This document shows, piece by piece, positions 26,673 through 41,600 of a stretch of DNA of 64,000 nt. The stretch's first letter is position 1. Each line of letters starts with the position of its first letter. The DNA is from Laetmonice hystrix (taxonomy: Eukaryota): NCBI GenBank assembly GCA_965235115.1, contig OZ249436.1, positions 15,068,001 through 15,132,000 of the forward strand. Reading direction: 5' to 3'. The notes beneath the pieces were generated by a model, which worked only from the letters and a program-made list of their open reading frames with translations, searched no databases and was not told the DNA's origin. The position numbers and the translations under genes were made by a program.

Positions 26673-29600
26673 CTCTATCTATCTCTCCCTCTCTCTCACT
26701 CACTAGCTCCGTCTGTGTTTTTTTTTAATTTCCTTTTCGGAAAAGACCACACCATTTTGTAGCTTTACCAAAATTTAGCTTAATTCAGGATTAGAATTTT
26801 TGAAAAGGATCCATGTGTAGCAGGTAGTCTAATTCATTTTCAAGCCAAGCGTGCACTTTCTGCCACAGTGATTGGGGCGGTACTCTTGTCCCCTGTTGAG
26901 AGCCAAGGCTGGGATTCATCATGTACGGCGGCTGAACGGTGACATCATGTCAGGTTCCTAGGATCCATCAGATAGCGAGAGTTGCGCCACCTACTGGCGG
27001 GAGCATAGAACCCCGACCTCGGGAACTATATTTATAGTAATTGCACGAGTCAGGTGATGTGGGCAGTGTTTTTCTCTTGGTTACACCATGCACATGCTGT
27101 TTTGTTTTCATGCCTCTATAGTCCCGTCTAGTCAATAGATGTAGTGGCTCATTGACAGTTCAGTAATATGTATGTATGTTTAGTGTGGTTTACTCAGGAT
27201 GCAAACACTAAAGTCGTTGTCTAATCTGTAAAGGAAATCCAATTGAAGCATTTTCAAACTAGGGATATATGCGTTGGCCTCCATGGTAAAGAAAAGTAGA
27301 TTCTATCAAGTCTTTTTGTTTTTTGTTTTGGTTCGTCGATTGTAAATTTATAGGCGGGAACTGGGAAGGGTCCATTCCAAGCACCGCGTCAACCTGCTTG
27401 TGTATGAGACAGCTCGTCTGGCCCTGGCTCGGCCTGCAGATTTAATGACGCTGTTCACCAAGGCAAGATGAATGGCCCAGTAAAAGCCCTGGGCCCAGCA
27501 TAAGACAAGACAGAGGACTTGCCCCATGTGTCATGAGTTAAATTACATCGGCCGGTCGTGTTTGTCAAAGGTATTCGATATGTAGGATATTTTTGAGAAA
27601 AAAGTGATGTCAGGAGCAGGAGGAAGGGATATAGGGGCTAATAAGAAACTACATGGATTTACACACAAATTTAAAGTCTACCTGCTTTCGCAGGCAGCAT
27701 ACAACAATGACACCACTATGATAGACATGTTTGCAGTTATTACAAAGTTACTTCCGCCAGTGTCGACATCAATACAGGCACAACCCCATGTAGAACCATC
27801 TGGCAGCGAACACTGTCAGTGTCGAGTTTTCACCAGATGCGGCGGCCACGGCCTCGTGTATCATTCGACCATTGTGAAATCCATGGCCATGACAGAAGAA
27901 GCTGTACATCTGGACAGTGTGGACAGTTTTCATGTGTCACCTCAGGTATTGATACCTTAAGCAGTCACAATAAAGGTGCACCTGTCCACCTGCTGCAGTA
28001 CCCCACAGTTTCTATGCCCAGTACTGTCCTAACACATCTCCGGACAATTCATCTCGGGAGGGGTCCGCACAGTCCTGTATACCCACTGTCATTGTCATTG
28101 CCTCGCCAATATATTTGCGCTGCCAGACTGTTGGCCGGCCCTCCTTTGCGCGCTGGATGCGGCAGCTGTTGCTAGTAATTTTCCAGGAGTAGTGGGTGCA
28201 CATATACAGCTGATCTGTTATTTTTTAAGAGGCGGGCGCTAAAATTTCTCAAGTCTCTCACTTGAGCACAGCTTCACAGCAGAATCGACGGTAACCTCAC
28301 AAGGAAGATATCTTCTGGTCATCTTAAAAGAAAAGGAACTAAATACAAAATCATTCAGAACGTATGTTGTCATATTCCTGCCAGAGATCTTCGGCAACGC
28401 TGAAACCCTCGTTTGGTGGATCACCAGATACGCCCCTTTGAATCAGCATGGTTTTTCCCCCTTCCGGTAGTCAACTGATGCAATGCTCTCTCTACCAGAT
28501 TATACTCATGTTAGAATGTTAGGGGAAAGATACTTTCTGGTGGCAGGGTTTCCTGCAGGCCTTTTTTTTTGGGGGGGGGGGAGACCCCCATTATTCAGCT
28601 ACTCCCCCAAAAAAATTCCAGGGGGAAATATTTTACATTACTCTCCCCCCCCCCCAAACTCGCACAATTCCCCCCAAAAGTCGAAAATCTCCAGGAAACC
28701 CTGGTGGTATTAAAAGGAGAAGAAAACATGTATTACCATCCAGAAGACATATCACATATTTTTGTCGGAGGCCTTTGGCAAAGTTGAAACCCATGTATGG
28801 TGGATTCCCGGATAAGCTCTCTGTATCAGCATGACGAAGTCATAAAGTCATATCCCATAGACCAAAAACCCGTAGAGAGGGAGTAAGCTTTCAAACAGCT
28901 TAACTCCCATCACCGAGCTCTAATTTGTTTACCCCACATTTCTTTATATCAACGAATAGCCTCATTATTATACGTATTGAGTTCATTGGGTACTTTCAGA
29001 TTTAAAGGGGTGAGGCATGGCTGAGTTATAGTGTTAAGCAGCAGAAGTCCGTTCGCCTAACCTCCAGCATCACCTGACATCACTCCTCGGACTAACATGA
29101 ACACAGGCGCAATATCTCCCTCGCTGTAAAATCACATCAGCCACAATTTGACAGGAGAGAAACAGCCTTTTGGGGGCTTGGAAAACGCCCGTCGGAAGCA
29201 GCTGTTCATGTCAGATGAAAATGAAAAGCCGGGGCGCCTTTCAATAGGCGGAGTTAACAGGCTTGAAGTGAAAGGACGACAGTGATTGAAGGAAAGGACC
29301 GCCAGCCTCTTCCTTTGCCCCTTGAACACAGCATTATTTCACGTGAAGCCATAGATTATGTTCTCTTTGTTATAAAGGTATTGCGGCTCGCATCCACCGG
29401 GTTTATTGCGGATGGTATGTAGGAGAAACAGATTATCTGTGTATAAATATACTTCCTTTTCTGATCAGATTTATTACAGCTGTAGTGACAAGAGATTCTC
29501 AGTTCAAGATTCGTTTAGAGAGAGCCTCCAGATGCCAAGAATTTCCCCCGTCCCTCAGAAATGTTGGATGTGCACATTTCTTGTCGAGATATAGAAAACC

Positions 29601-32600
29601 CGAGTTTATCCAGCTTCAGGCGTTCCGAGATCTGTCTGAGGGCGGAGCAGAATTATCGGAAGCCATAACATTGTTTTCCTGCGATGAACAATATCAACTG
29701 TGGGTGTATAATATAATATTGAATATATTCCATTTCATCGAACGTGGACAAATACGAGCACGGCACATACAAACTCTTTCATTGCAGATAACGAAATCAC
29801 TTCCATGCCGTCTCAGGCTCCCCCTCCCCACACTTCACTTTTTTCATGTTTGTGAAAGTGCTACCCATTCTTCAGGGTGTGAAACGTGTTTATCTAATCG
29901 GCTGTAGCAATTTCTACTTGTGCTCGGGAGCAGAGAAGTACTAAATCACGCCCAGGGATTCGTATGCGAAAAGGTGTGACCAGAATGAGAATGGGCCCAC
30001 AGCTAATGACTATGGCGAGACGAGATGTGTCGGCAAATGAAGGCACTTCAGCGGGGCTATTCGGCGCTGCCCACAAAATTCACCAAGTCGACTTGCCTGT
30101 TTTCAAAATGTGGAGTGATTTTACTGGCTGCTAATTCACAGCATCTTGTATCTAACAGTAAAATCACAGGAGCTGCTTCCTCGCTGGCACTATCTAATCT
30201 TAAAAGGAGCGCTAAATGGAGGCAGAAAGTGTCTGAAAATACAGCTGTGGCAGAACTGAGCTCAGTCGGAACATTTGATCACATCTCTGGCCTCACTAGC
30301 ACTTTGGTTTTAGATTTCAAGCGGTCAAGTTCTTCCACATTAGTTTACTCATTTCATTACTTTAGCTTTTATCGTTGGGGTAAAACAGAAGGCCATCTAG
30401 AGATATAACCGTCCCTGGGGCAAGCAGCCACTACTTAATAATTCGTTCCAAGGCTTCCTGTAGTGCTACCAGACCGGGTACAACGACAGGTGCTCCCATC
30501 TGATTGTCTACAAGTTGCATACAGCATTACATGGTCTGAATTTCAATAGGCTCTCTACTTAATCATCCGGAGGAAAAGGTGCTGTTTAAGAAAACCGGAT
30601 ACTACTGGTGCTCCCGTTTGATTGCAAGTACAGGTGTGGCGGATATTACAGTGTCTACGATTAATTAGATTAATGACAGCGGCTCATGATGGAGCTGTCC
30701 GCTTAGAAGATGGAGCATTGTGAACTAATCTGTGCGGTCAGTCTTCACCGCTAACTTTAGCCAGGTCAGTGCTACAAGTGGCTGGAGTGTTTCACGGGCA
30801 GGTCGCTCTGTCACGGGCTGCATACAGAAAGCTTGCAGGGAGTTTTCATTAGGAGGGTTTTGTCTCTCAACGCATACACTATCGTACACACCCATGTTCC
30901 TGTTTCACCGATATCGATATATATCGATTAGAAATGAACCTTATGGATTCTGAAAGCAATTTAAGGTTCGACCTGTATGTTGAGCACATTATGTTACATT
31001 ATGTTGTATCACGGAAAAAGCTTCATATATCACAGTACAAATGTAGTTGCAAAGCAATCCTTACTGTATGGAACGCCGAATTATTGATTAGGCCAGATTA
31101 TATATACTAAAAGTAATTATCTCACAGCTTTGAGGTTAGAATCACATCGTGTTTCAGTGTACTTGCTTCTTTTTGAGATGTATGAACTTCACCTTCATGT
31201 AGAGCTTACAAAGGGTGAGTGAGACTTGACGGTTTGACGACGTGTCTACAACAAAGGTCATCTTTACGGCGAAAACATGCATGTGAGACTAGAAACAGAC
31301 TTACAAAGTAAGTTCGTGGATCGTCTAGACGTTAGAGCTGCATGCAGCTGCTGTAACACTGAACACGTTAAGGTGTTGACTTTGTGAAGTGACGAGTGAA
31401 GATGAAACACGAGTAGAGGTGGTAGGATACCGTTGGGAGTGAAAACATGGGTTCGAGTGGTGCACGGCCCTGCCATAGATAGACGGGGTACGCCGAGGAC
31501 GGTGTGAGCCTACCAATGTTATAGTAAATTATCACTCTGCTATCTCGGCAGTTGCCGCTACATTAACAAGTTCAAGCACTCCAGACAGATGCCATGGCTA
31601 ACACTACAGGATGCTGATATAGAGAGGTTCGAGTTTGTGGCTATAAATTTAGCACTTAACCAGGAACCTGCTCCGTTATATAGTTTTGTGGTAGCCCTGT
31701 GAGAAGAAGTAGAAAATATAGGAAGGATATAGTAGATGAGGAATATGCTATTTTATATAAAGAAAATGTCACATTTACATTATATGGGCAATCTAAATAC
31801 TGGAACAAACTGCGTTCTGTCGTAAAACAGCAGTTCACTGTGACCGCTTGAGTGAAGTTTTGTAATCGTATAACTTATTCCGCTATTAATATTCATTCTT
31901 TGGAGTTGATTGGATCTGAGAATGACAATATGTAATCCGGCCCGATTCCATGCGGTAGTACCCGGGGGCGAGCTCCTCACGATCCCGTCTCCCTCTGCTC
32001 AGGTCATTCAGTCACAATGTTCTCCGTCATAACGTTATCTGCCGGGCCAGTAAAGCTGCATGGAGGGAATGGGTGAATTACATGTACATGGCTGAAACCG
32101 CTCCAAGATTATACTTTCACCCATTCAGCCATTATGTGTTCGCCGGATGCGTTATCTTAAATTACCGTTGAAATCACACGCTGACACCTCATCAATATAG
32201 AATATCGCGTCTAATGGCCGTATTAACTGACACGTTAACATATTTTTAACGACAGTTTTTTTCTTATCTGCATGTAATCACGCCATAACAATATTACCAC
32301 AGCCAAGTGTTTTACGTATATTATCTGTACAGGAGGGCCTCTCATCTGGTGCTTGTGCTACCTTTGTAAAACATCTAATGTAGCGAAAATTTGATGTCTG
32401 TTGGACTTTCTTTATTAAATTCAGGCACAATGAGCAAGGCGTACAATGAGGAACTAACTTAGATTTAACCCTCGGCAAAGCTGTGTTGGCGAAAGCAGCA
32501 AGGCACTACACCGAGACTGATTTTGGTTGAGCCGTCTGTTAACCTCATTGAAATGATTTCCGAACCGATAAGTTTTCTCCGCCTTTGTTCAGGAAGTGAA

Positions 32601-35600
32601 TCGTGGATCAAAGCTTCTCCATGGGAGGCAGTGTCCGATATGGCGGTACCAAATTCCCATTAAATGATCATTAGTTACAGTATTTATAATTATAGTTTTA
32701 ATTAGATATATGGTGCTTAAGAGCTTTTATAAAAAAAATGATCCATGGGAATGGACAGATGCGACGCAGAAGGAGCTCTAAGTGTTGCACGTTTCCCTGA
32801 CGCTGAATGATGTGCATTAAGCAATGGACTGTAGCCATATATCGGGTGGATAAAAAAAAACGCCCCGAACTTTAAACTTCAATATTTCAGAAAGTAATGA
32901 TTGTAATTCAATGAAATTTTTCTTAATATCACTTCATGATGTTGTCTCTTAGTTGTTAATGTTACAACTCAATAGCTTGGATAATATTTCCGTGGGGCTA
33001 AAAACAAAAATCATTGTACAAAAGCGCAATGCCGGGCTAAAGCGAGTGGTAGTCGCACCCAGAGTCCCTGGCCTCACACTAGAGTAGGTGGTCAATCGGT
33101 CCCCCGTTTTCACTTCATACTGCTCTCAGTCTCTTTTTCCATGAGCCAATGCACTTCCTGATCTCTGATAGGAGATATCTTCGCAACATTGGGAAATACG
33201 CAACGTTCTGAACGTGTTTCTAAACGTGATAATGATACGATTTCCCTTGAACTTCTCGTTACAGTCATATCGTCCTAATGTTGCAGTTTCTCTGTAGGGT
33301 TTGGCACATTAAACATCTTTTTTTCTCTAAAAGTTTTAGGAATAGCACATATTTTATTATATCTAGTGGTCCACAAAATGATACATATTGTAAAACACGC
33401 AAAAACTAAATATTGATTTTTTTACCCAAGGTACAATGCGGTGCATTAAACAGGTGTCAAATTGGACACCTGGCAGCTGCATGATATTTGACCTAATTCC
33501 GGCATTGCATTTTTAGACACTGATTTTTGTTTTTAGCGCCACGGGAATAATATCAAAGCTATTGAGCTGAGACTTTAACATACCAGAGACAATATCATGA
33601 AGTGATATTAAAAGAAATTTTATTAAATTATAATGCATAGTTTTTGAAATATTAAAGTTTAAAGTTCGGGGCGTTTTTTTTTATCCACCCGATACATGTA
33701 TTGAAACAAGGATAGGTCGAGGATATGGTTTCACAGAAGGACAATAGAAAGTGCCTCAATCCAAACAAGAGCCGCACTTACGGGAGTAATCTCTGATTCC
33801 CTTTGGGGGTGTTGTTTTAAGAATATTTCTCGTTGCTGAACACGCAGTCTGCCATCTGATCAAGGTGTGGGTAAAAGCTCTGCGGGTGCAGGAATGATGC
33901 CTGATTGGTCGGCCGACAGTCGACAGATTCATTCATTAGCATTTTAATAAATACACTGATTCGAGTATATCTCTGAAGTTGTTCAAGAAGTTGTTCATAA
34001 ACAGGACCAATACGTCTATTAAACTTCAGATAATCTATCGAGCCTATGTATGATTCGTGAGAGGGGGAGTGAAGGAGTAGAGATGTACTGGGAACCTTTC
34101 AACTACTCCCACAATTTTAGCACTTTAGAGGGTCTCCGGCACACGGTCATCATCCACTAAACTATGGATGAGGGAGAGCAGATTGAGCCAAAATCCACAG
34201 TGGCTCTGGCTGTGGTTGGTGGTGGTGGATTAGCTGCAATCAGCCAGGCACAGATTGGTGTGGTGTTGTCTGATGGCAGGAAGTGTGACAGGCTCAACCC
34301 GCGTGACGACCATTGTTAACGGCACACAGGCTGGCTACTCGGGCGAGGGGACCTGGTTGTTATAGGGCTATCCTTGTAACAAAGCGTTAGGATTAGCGTC
34401 ATTGGGCCATAGAACATGCTGCAATTCAAAAACTCCGATCCATCTTAACAATAAAAGCTGAAACAAAGGCAATCCGTTCACGTTCTGTTGTTCAGGCATC
34501 AGCTAGCACCCATATGACTGCAGCTTGCATCTTCCATTAGCTCAAAACAAAATATTTTCAATTTAATAAAATTTCCCCTAAAGGCATTTACAAGAATGTG
34601 GTTAAGCGGTATTATATAAAATCGTCTTGAGTAGACAACACGCAGTTAGAACCTAGGATGTTATTGAAAGTAGGAATTAGATTGTCTTCGAAACACCCTG
34701 CAGCCCTCTTTTCTTTTCCCTGATAGGAGATTTTAAAAAACTTCAATTTCTGCCTCCAATTGTTTTTCAGGTTTGAAAAGTCAGGGAAACGGCCAGGTTT
34801 TCCTGAAAGCTCCGTGTGAATTTGAAAAGAAGGCAGGGATGTTGCATTCAATGTGTTTCTGACAGTGTCAAACTGGGGAAGGCGGAGGCTGTTCTCAGAG
34901 ATTGGTACCAGGAATGTTCACTTACAGCGGGTTACGTGAGACAATTTGGAACAATTGGGGGTAAAGGACAAGCCCAAATGGACCAAGCTTAGTGCAATCA
35001 TAGAACATGGATTGTCGGTAAATGCCACCAAACGTCATTGCTACTTCACTGTGTTAATACAGGCCACTTTTTGTAGGATATTGCGGCAGTTAGGATGTGA
35101 ACTGATGTTTTCTTTCAGACACAGAGCTGATTACTGAGTAGATGGAGACTGGCAAGGAATCAATAAATGGTGGTAAAGCACATTCACTGTGGCCAGCTGA
35201 CTTAGTCTAGCCAATAAGGCATGTGTGCCCTTAGCTATTGATTTGAAGGTAGTAGTCCAGACATAAGCAGCTGGGCAAACTCCCTGTTGGTTTAATGCTA
35301 GAAGTTCAGGTATTAGCTCTAAAACAAACTTCCTCAAACCAGTTCAGTTCTGGTGTAATTGCACTTTAGTAACAGCCAAAACCAAGGCCCTGCTTTCCGC
35401 AGTCCATTTCTATGGCCCCCGTCTAGTAACCAACAAAGATTTGTCTAGTTCTCGTCACATTTATTCAAAACAAGTGTGTTCTAGTTAAAGGATATGTCGG
35501 AGGGTGAAATGAAGCATTGCCTGTACTTCAGTTTGTAAACTGAGATTTGTAAGAATGTCCCAACAGGCAGTTATATTCATGCCTTTAAGAAGGAGATCGT

Positions 35601-38600
35601 TGAAGTGTGATCGTGTACGTGTCGAGGAAGCACATGTGATCAGCATGATTGTCTCGTTGCCCGTCAATTTTCACCGAGTCACTATCTCATTATGTGAAGA
35701 GCAACCGAGCCAAACTAGAGCTGCTGTAATTGGTAGCTGGCAGTATATAGAGGAGCCACGGACTGTGAATAACTGATGATCACTGGAGGTCGGCTGGTCT
35801 CATAAAACATTCACGGACCAGATGATTAAGATGGATTTCTTTATATAGCGTGGCTCTCGAGGATTCCTGCCTCCGAGCAGTAATTGCCTAACCTTCAGCA
35901 GTATGATGTGTAGGCGAGCTTGACTCGGTGTCCTCTCAATGAGGCCAGAGTGGGAGTGACTAAGAAAGGGCTATAGGATGATACAAGCGTACTTTCCCAA
36001 ACCAGAGAAGAAAATGTTCCTTCATAAATAATAGCAGGCAGTCCCCCCCCCCCCCCCCCAGGCAGTCATGAGAAAGGAATTGAGGTATATTACAACATCA
36101 CACATTGATGATGCCTCTCGGAGACCAAGACCAGAAAAGGACTCTCAGAAAAAAACCTTGCCATTTGCTTTAAGAATCGTGTTTTATGGCGTACTCCCAA
36201 AGTTCTACCTGTTTTGCATTCTAATAACCCGCAAAAGCTGAGATTGCTTTAAGAATCTCATTTTATTTAGCCCCGTTTCACTAAGCGGGCGACGTCGCCA
36301 AATGAGACGTCGCCACCCCAAATGGCCCCTGTTCTGATGGGTGACGTCGCCAAAATGGGGGAAATTTTGGGGTAGCAACGTCTCATTTGTCGATGTCGCC
36401 TGCTTAGTGAAACGGGGCCCAGATGTTTTCTCATGTACATGTGTATACATTTTAGTACGGCCATGTGCTCTGGGAAAATGACAACCAAAACAATACTGGA
36501 ACTCGCATTATTGATACCTTCCTTACCTTTACGTTCAGTTTCAATTTCCAGATATAGGCCTATGTAATATTTCCGTAGAATTGTGAATGTCCTACTACAT
36601 GTACCTTTATCTTTCTACACCCAGCGGCAAGCTCTGAATGCCCCGTGAAGCCGCAGAGATAAATCTGTTCAAGGACGTCGTAGCGCCACCTGTTGCTGAT
36701 TACGGATGTTATGTTGGTTTGTTGATGTGCAGGAGGATGTCTGATAGATGACTTATTCCTGGGCCAAAGGCTAATAACAGGGGATAGGATAGCAAGTAGT
36801 AGGGCACGGCGATGGGTGGAACGGAAGGCTACGTGTCATGGCATTAACGTATGCAATGTACTCTCGCTGGCCGGGTCTACACGTGCTAGCGGGATGGGTT
36901 AGATAGCTAAAGCAGGAGAATGACCGATGGCGGTCAACTACGGCATGTGGCCAGCTTTAAAAAAAGTTGTACAATCTGCACAAAAACTGGGGTTAAAAGT
37001 CAACTTCAGTATTTGAGTCTGTTTATCAGGGTGTCAGCAACACATGTAACACAGGTGTTAATGTTTCCTCCATTACAGCCACAGTCACCTGACGTGCAGT
37101 CGTCACCCCTTTGCAGTACATCAAAGACCATCTGGCTGTGCAGCAGTTTAATATCCGCCATGCCGGATCGTGCCCTTTAACATTAGGGACATCTCTGCTG
37201 TGGTACGTTATAGAGACGCCAGCCCGGTAATCATGTGTGGCACTGTGATAGCTATAGCTCCCTGCTGATGGAGGATGCAGACACAAATTTGGCAGATTCA
37301 ACGCCACGCGTCAGGACGGGACCATATATCGGTATGCCCGTGGCTGCAGTATAATGTAGGCTTCTGGGGCCATGTGGTTGTGGCATTAGTAATAGTCCAG
37401 GGCCGGGGATGGGAGGTGGTGCGTATAGGATGGGATAATCGAGCTATCGGCCCAGTGTGAGGCGGCTGTCAGGAGGCTGCCCACTGGGGATGAGGATGCT
37501 TACTGGAAGTTGAGGGGGTGGGAGGTGGCAGGAAGAGTGGTGGCAGATGATGGCAGCTAATGGACAACATGGTAGAAAGTGAGCAATTGTAGACGGCGGT
37601 AGTGGGGTCATGTGGCCGGGGATGCGGGCCCTTGTCGGCCGGTTAATGTTCCTGATGGCGTACCGGCATGTCAAGCAATATAGACCCGACGAGCATTACT
37701 CAAGAATTTCATAAGACTAATGTAGTCTTTGTGGTGAACAAAACACAAGAAATCAAACAATCCTGACATAAGGTTCATTATATTGTATGAACAAACTGCG
37801 TGGCTGACACTAGAACCAAGAAGGGAAGGGGAGATTATATTGTCAGAGAAACCAACACCTTTGTGGCTCTCAGAACTATGACATTGGGTGCCGAAAATGG
37901 ACGAAATCCCGCACCGTAGATTGTTGGCTACGTGTAATCGTCAAGCGGTGGCAGGGCATATAGTGCGTCATTTAAAACTATTCACAATTATCTCTTAGTT
38001 CGATGACTCCAAACTGAATACATGGGCTGTTAGGTTAGATAAGGCCCTAGAATACATAAATCAATAAATTTATACCCATAGAAATGGAGAAATCTAATGA
38101 AATTCAACATTCCACTTGCCTGTTGTCGCCATGAAGCAATCAGCTAATGGCTTATGAACAAAATCGTTGACCTGACATTGACTTGAACAGCCAATGACAT
38201 TCATTGGTTCATCGCCCATCGCCTCCATCGCAACTGACATGTTGAATGTCATTAGATTTCTCCGTTTCTGTGGGTATACATTTATTGATTCATGTAGTCT
38301 AAGATCTTATCTAACCTAACAGCCTATGTCTTCATTTTGGAGTCATTGAAATATAAGAGATAATCGTGAATGACTTTAAGGCTCAGTATGGTACCAATAT
38401 CTTGATATACGGCCAGCCCCCATTGTTTTAATCCCATTGTTTTAATCCCATTGTTTTAATGCCACTGTTTTACACACTCACTATCATACTCGAGGCTCAC
38501 ATAATGTAGATCTCTATGGCTGGCCAAAGTTTGACAATGACACCGTCACACGTAAACTTCGATCTGTGATTCCGATCTTTGTGGTTTATGGTTATGGTTA

Positions 38601-41600
38601 TATTGAATGGTTGCAAGGGCGCCTATGAAATCATAGGCAGTGTTACGTGACCAACAGGCAGGCTTTGCATACGTATTTCGTGAAAAAGTTGCGGTTTACA
38701 GATTTATTTTGAAACTGGTATGAAACGAGTCTTTGAATCCCGCTTTATTTTTGTTATTTTTTAATACAAAATTGTATTAACTTGGCTTTTGGGGATATCG
38801 TATTTTTAAAGTTACAAATACTTTGCATCTAGACATATTTTAAAGGGACAATATGAAATGGTAGACTCGATGCAGTTTGTTGAAAACAAAAACATCTGGA
38901 TGCAATGGTTCGGCAGTGGTGTGAATAATGAACATGTTGGGAGATAGGAGTAAATGACAGGTTGAAGGGTTATAAATCATTCATTGGGTGGGGTGGCAGT
39001 CTCTGGGGTGCTCCTTCCTGGGATACAAACGGTCATTACCATGATTCCACCACGAGTTGACCAGAGACAGCCAGTACCGACGGGTAATCAACTAATTGTA
39101 CCACTGTCGTCTACCGACCTTCCCTGGACCTTTCTGGAGGTAGACGTTTGAGCGGAACCCCACCAGTACTATACTGTAGTGAAATATTAGACAGCTAGCA
39201 ACAAATTATATGTGATAGGCATTTATACTGTATGCTTATATAGTGTGGGTGTTGGGAGAGGATCAAGGCTTGGTGGTAGAATACAGGTGTCAAGCAGACT
39301 GATGTCCCTCGGTTGGTACCGGACTAATGAGAGTTAGGTACATCATGAGACAGGTCAAGAATCCTGTTTTAACAGCGCGGAAATCATCCCTTATTCTATT
39401 GATCAGGATTGAATCTTACATAAGAAATATCACAAGCCTATCCACAAGTACCAAGCCGTCAACCACAGTGAACAAAACCTTGCTCTGGGTTGGCGCTGCT
39501 CGGCTTTGAAGGAGGGAGGTGCTAATGAGACGGCCAAGACAGGCGTCATCTACTTTATTCTCCTGCTTGGCTTCATTTGCAGCATGACCTTTCGGTTTAC
39601 TGTAAGGCGGAGGAGAACACTGGTTGCAGTTTGTACCTTTCTTCGTAGACTTTGCACCTGCAGGTCATGCTGTTTCAAATGACTTTTAATTCAAATGCCT
39701 TCTTTGAAATAACAGGTGTTATTCGGTGTTATTTGTAGGTCTCGGCAGAGCTGTTGATTGTGAAAATGAAAACCGAAAATGATAACATCAAGACAAGATC
39801 TCCCAGAGATTGTCTTCAAAAATAAATTAAACCAACAAAAAAAAGAAACAAATAAGATGTCATCGAACAACAAAGGCTCAAAAACAAATTCTTATTGTGT
39901 TCCATTTTGTCAAAACTTCTCTGCTACGTAAAAAATAGGAGTGAAATATTACTCCAGAGTGGGCAGACGTTTTACTTCATTCGTGCTTCGTCGGCATAAA
40001 TGTAATAGTATCTCTTGTCACATCGAGGCAGAAGCCTTTGGAAGTTTGGTGCTGGTCTTGTCAGCGTGAACAATGTTCAGCAGTACAGTACGTGTGGCAG
40101 CTGCTCCTAGCAACCAGACTAATGGCGCTGCTGACCTCTCTGGCCATCCAAGGTCAACTGGGAGTTTGGGCGTTCCATCTTTCACGGAGAGGTCCCCCCT
40201 ATCACTGTCCATCAGAAACAGAGGTGGGGTGCTTGCCTGTAACCAGGATGAAGGCGAGACTCCCGCAATTTCACATACGACAGACGGCGCCCACTCTGAG
40301 ATACATCTGCTATTGGCCAGCTTGACACCAATATGAAGCACTTTGATTGATGACATGAAGGATGCTCGTATTTTTTCTTTTCAGTTCTAAAAGTTTCGTA
40401 GAACGGAGATAATTGGAAATTCAGTGTTTTGCAGACAGTTTTGGGGATTCAGGGCGTGCATTTTCCGCCTTCATTGCATTTTCTGTATTTATTTCAATAA
40501 CCTTTTGTTTGGTGGTTGTGGTATAGATGGGAGTACATGTATATCTCTGATTGGTCACTGATACAGCAAGATTTCCAGTACTGTGTATTTTTTGGAGTAG
40601 TTTCAAGAAACAAGAACCATGTTTGAGAAGCGTATGGCTAAGCGTATAGAATTGTCTTATAGATCAAGTCACCTTTGGAGCATTAAGTGGGAGTCATGCC
40701 GTAGAAATCCTGCGCGCTACCAGGCCCCGCCTGAGACTTCAACACCTCCGTCCTGCAGTACCCCATCCTCTCTTCCAAGCGCATCATTTGCTGACCCAAA
40801 TTAGCTTAGTTTGAAGGCAGCCTTAATCCAATACATAAAGGCATATCGTATGGCTTAATGAAGTTAGCCCTGCGTAGAAGGACCACTTTGATGTAATGGG
40901 CGATGACGTATTGCTGTGAAAGCCCGATAGCTGACGCGGCCTGCAGAAGGTCGAAGCTCACCCAGGGTCAGTACACACGCGACCTGCCCGATGGCCGTGC
41001 ACAAAGGTCAAGGGGAATATGTTTGCTCTTCCATAAAATAGAATAAGCACATAGAGTAGAGCCGTGTATCTTGTCAGTTGCTCGTCTGAACGTCAAGCCC
41101 AGTTTCTTACAAACGTTTTATGACACTTATGCTATTGTCTACCGGGCTCCCTTCTGGGTGTTCTTGGTGTTCGCCTTTAAGATTTGGAATTCAGTCGTAA
41201 AGTTTCAGTTTTAAATTGAGCTTTTTGTTATTGCGCATCTGTATGATTGAGGAACGAACAACAGAAATGATGTTCAGAGATAGGGGCATTAGATTATGTC
41301 TACCAGCAATTATAAAGGATATGCCATCACAATGGGATGACAGAGGTCTTTTCAAGACCAGGTTGGAACTTCGGCTCTTTTTATGGCTGCTTTGGTGAGG
41401 GAGGAGGAGAAGGGGGAGGCAGTGCGTAATTCACGTAAGACCGAAAGCCTTGCTTTGAAGCCAGTTGGCGGGCCAGCGGCAGGTTGTGGACGAGGGGCAG
41501 CCAGCGAGGAGGGAATTGACCAGAGCCTGCCCGATCCAGAAATAGGAAATGACCGGTTAGGGGGGAGAAAAACGGAGGAGAGGAGCGCTCCAATAATCGC

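Noticed and set aside
26442..26762. SL-repeat ORFs
   Set aside because: Translation of a (CT)n microsatellite.
29780..30350. Possible decayed OTU-protease-like remnant on the minus strand (RIRIPG..C.RA ... VWGG)
   Set aside because: Needs stops and a frameshift to read, and motif spacing is too short; unsupported without a tblastn/HMM hit.
40018..40356. Overlapping 87-112 aa ORFs on both strands, and the ORF at 41383-41628, as extra exons or a nested gene
   Set aside because: No convincing acceptor/donor pair in a compatible phase and no recognisable domain.
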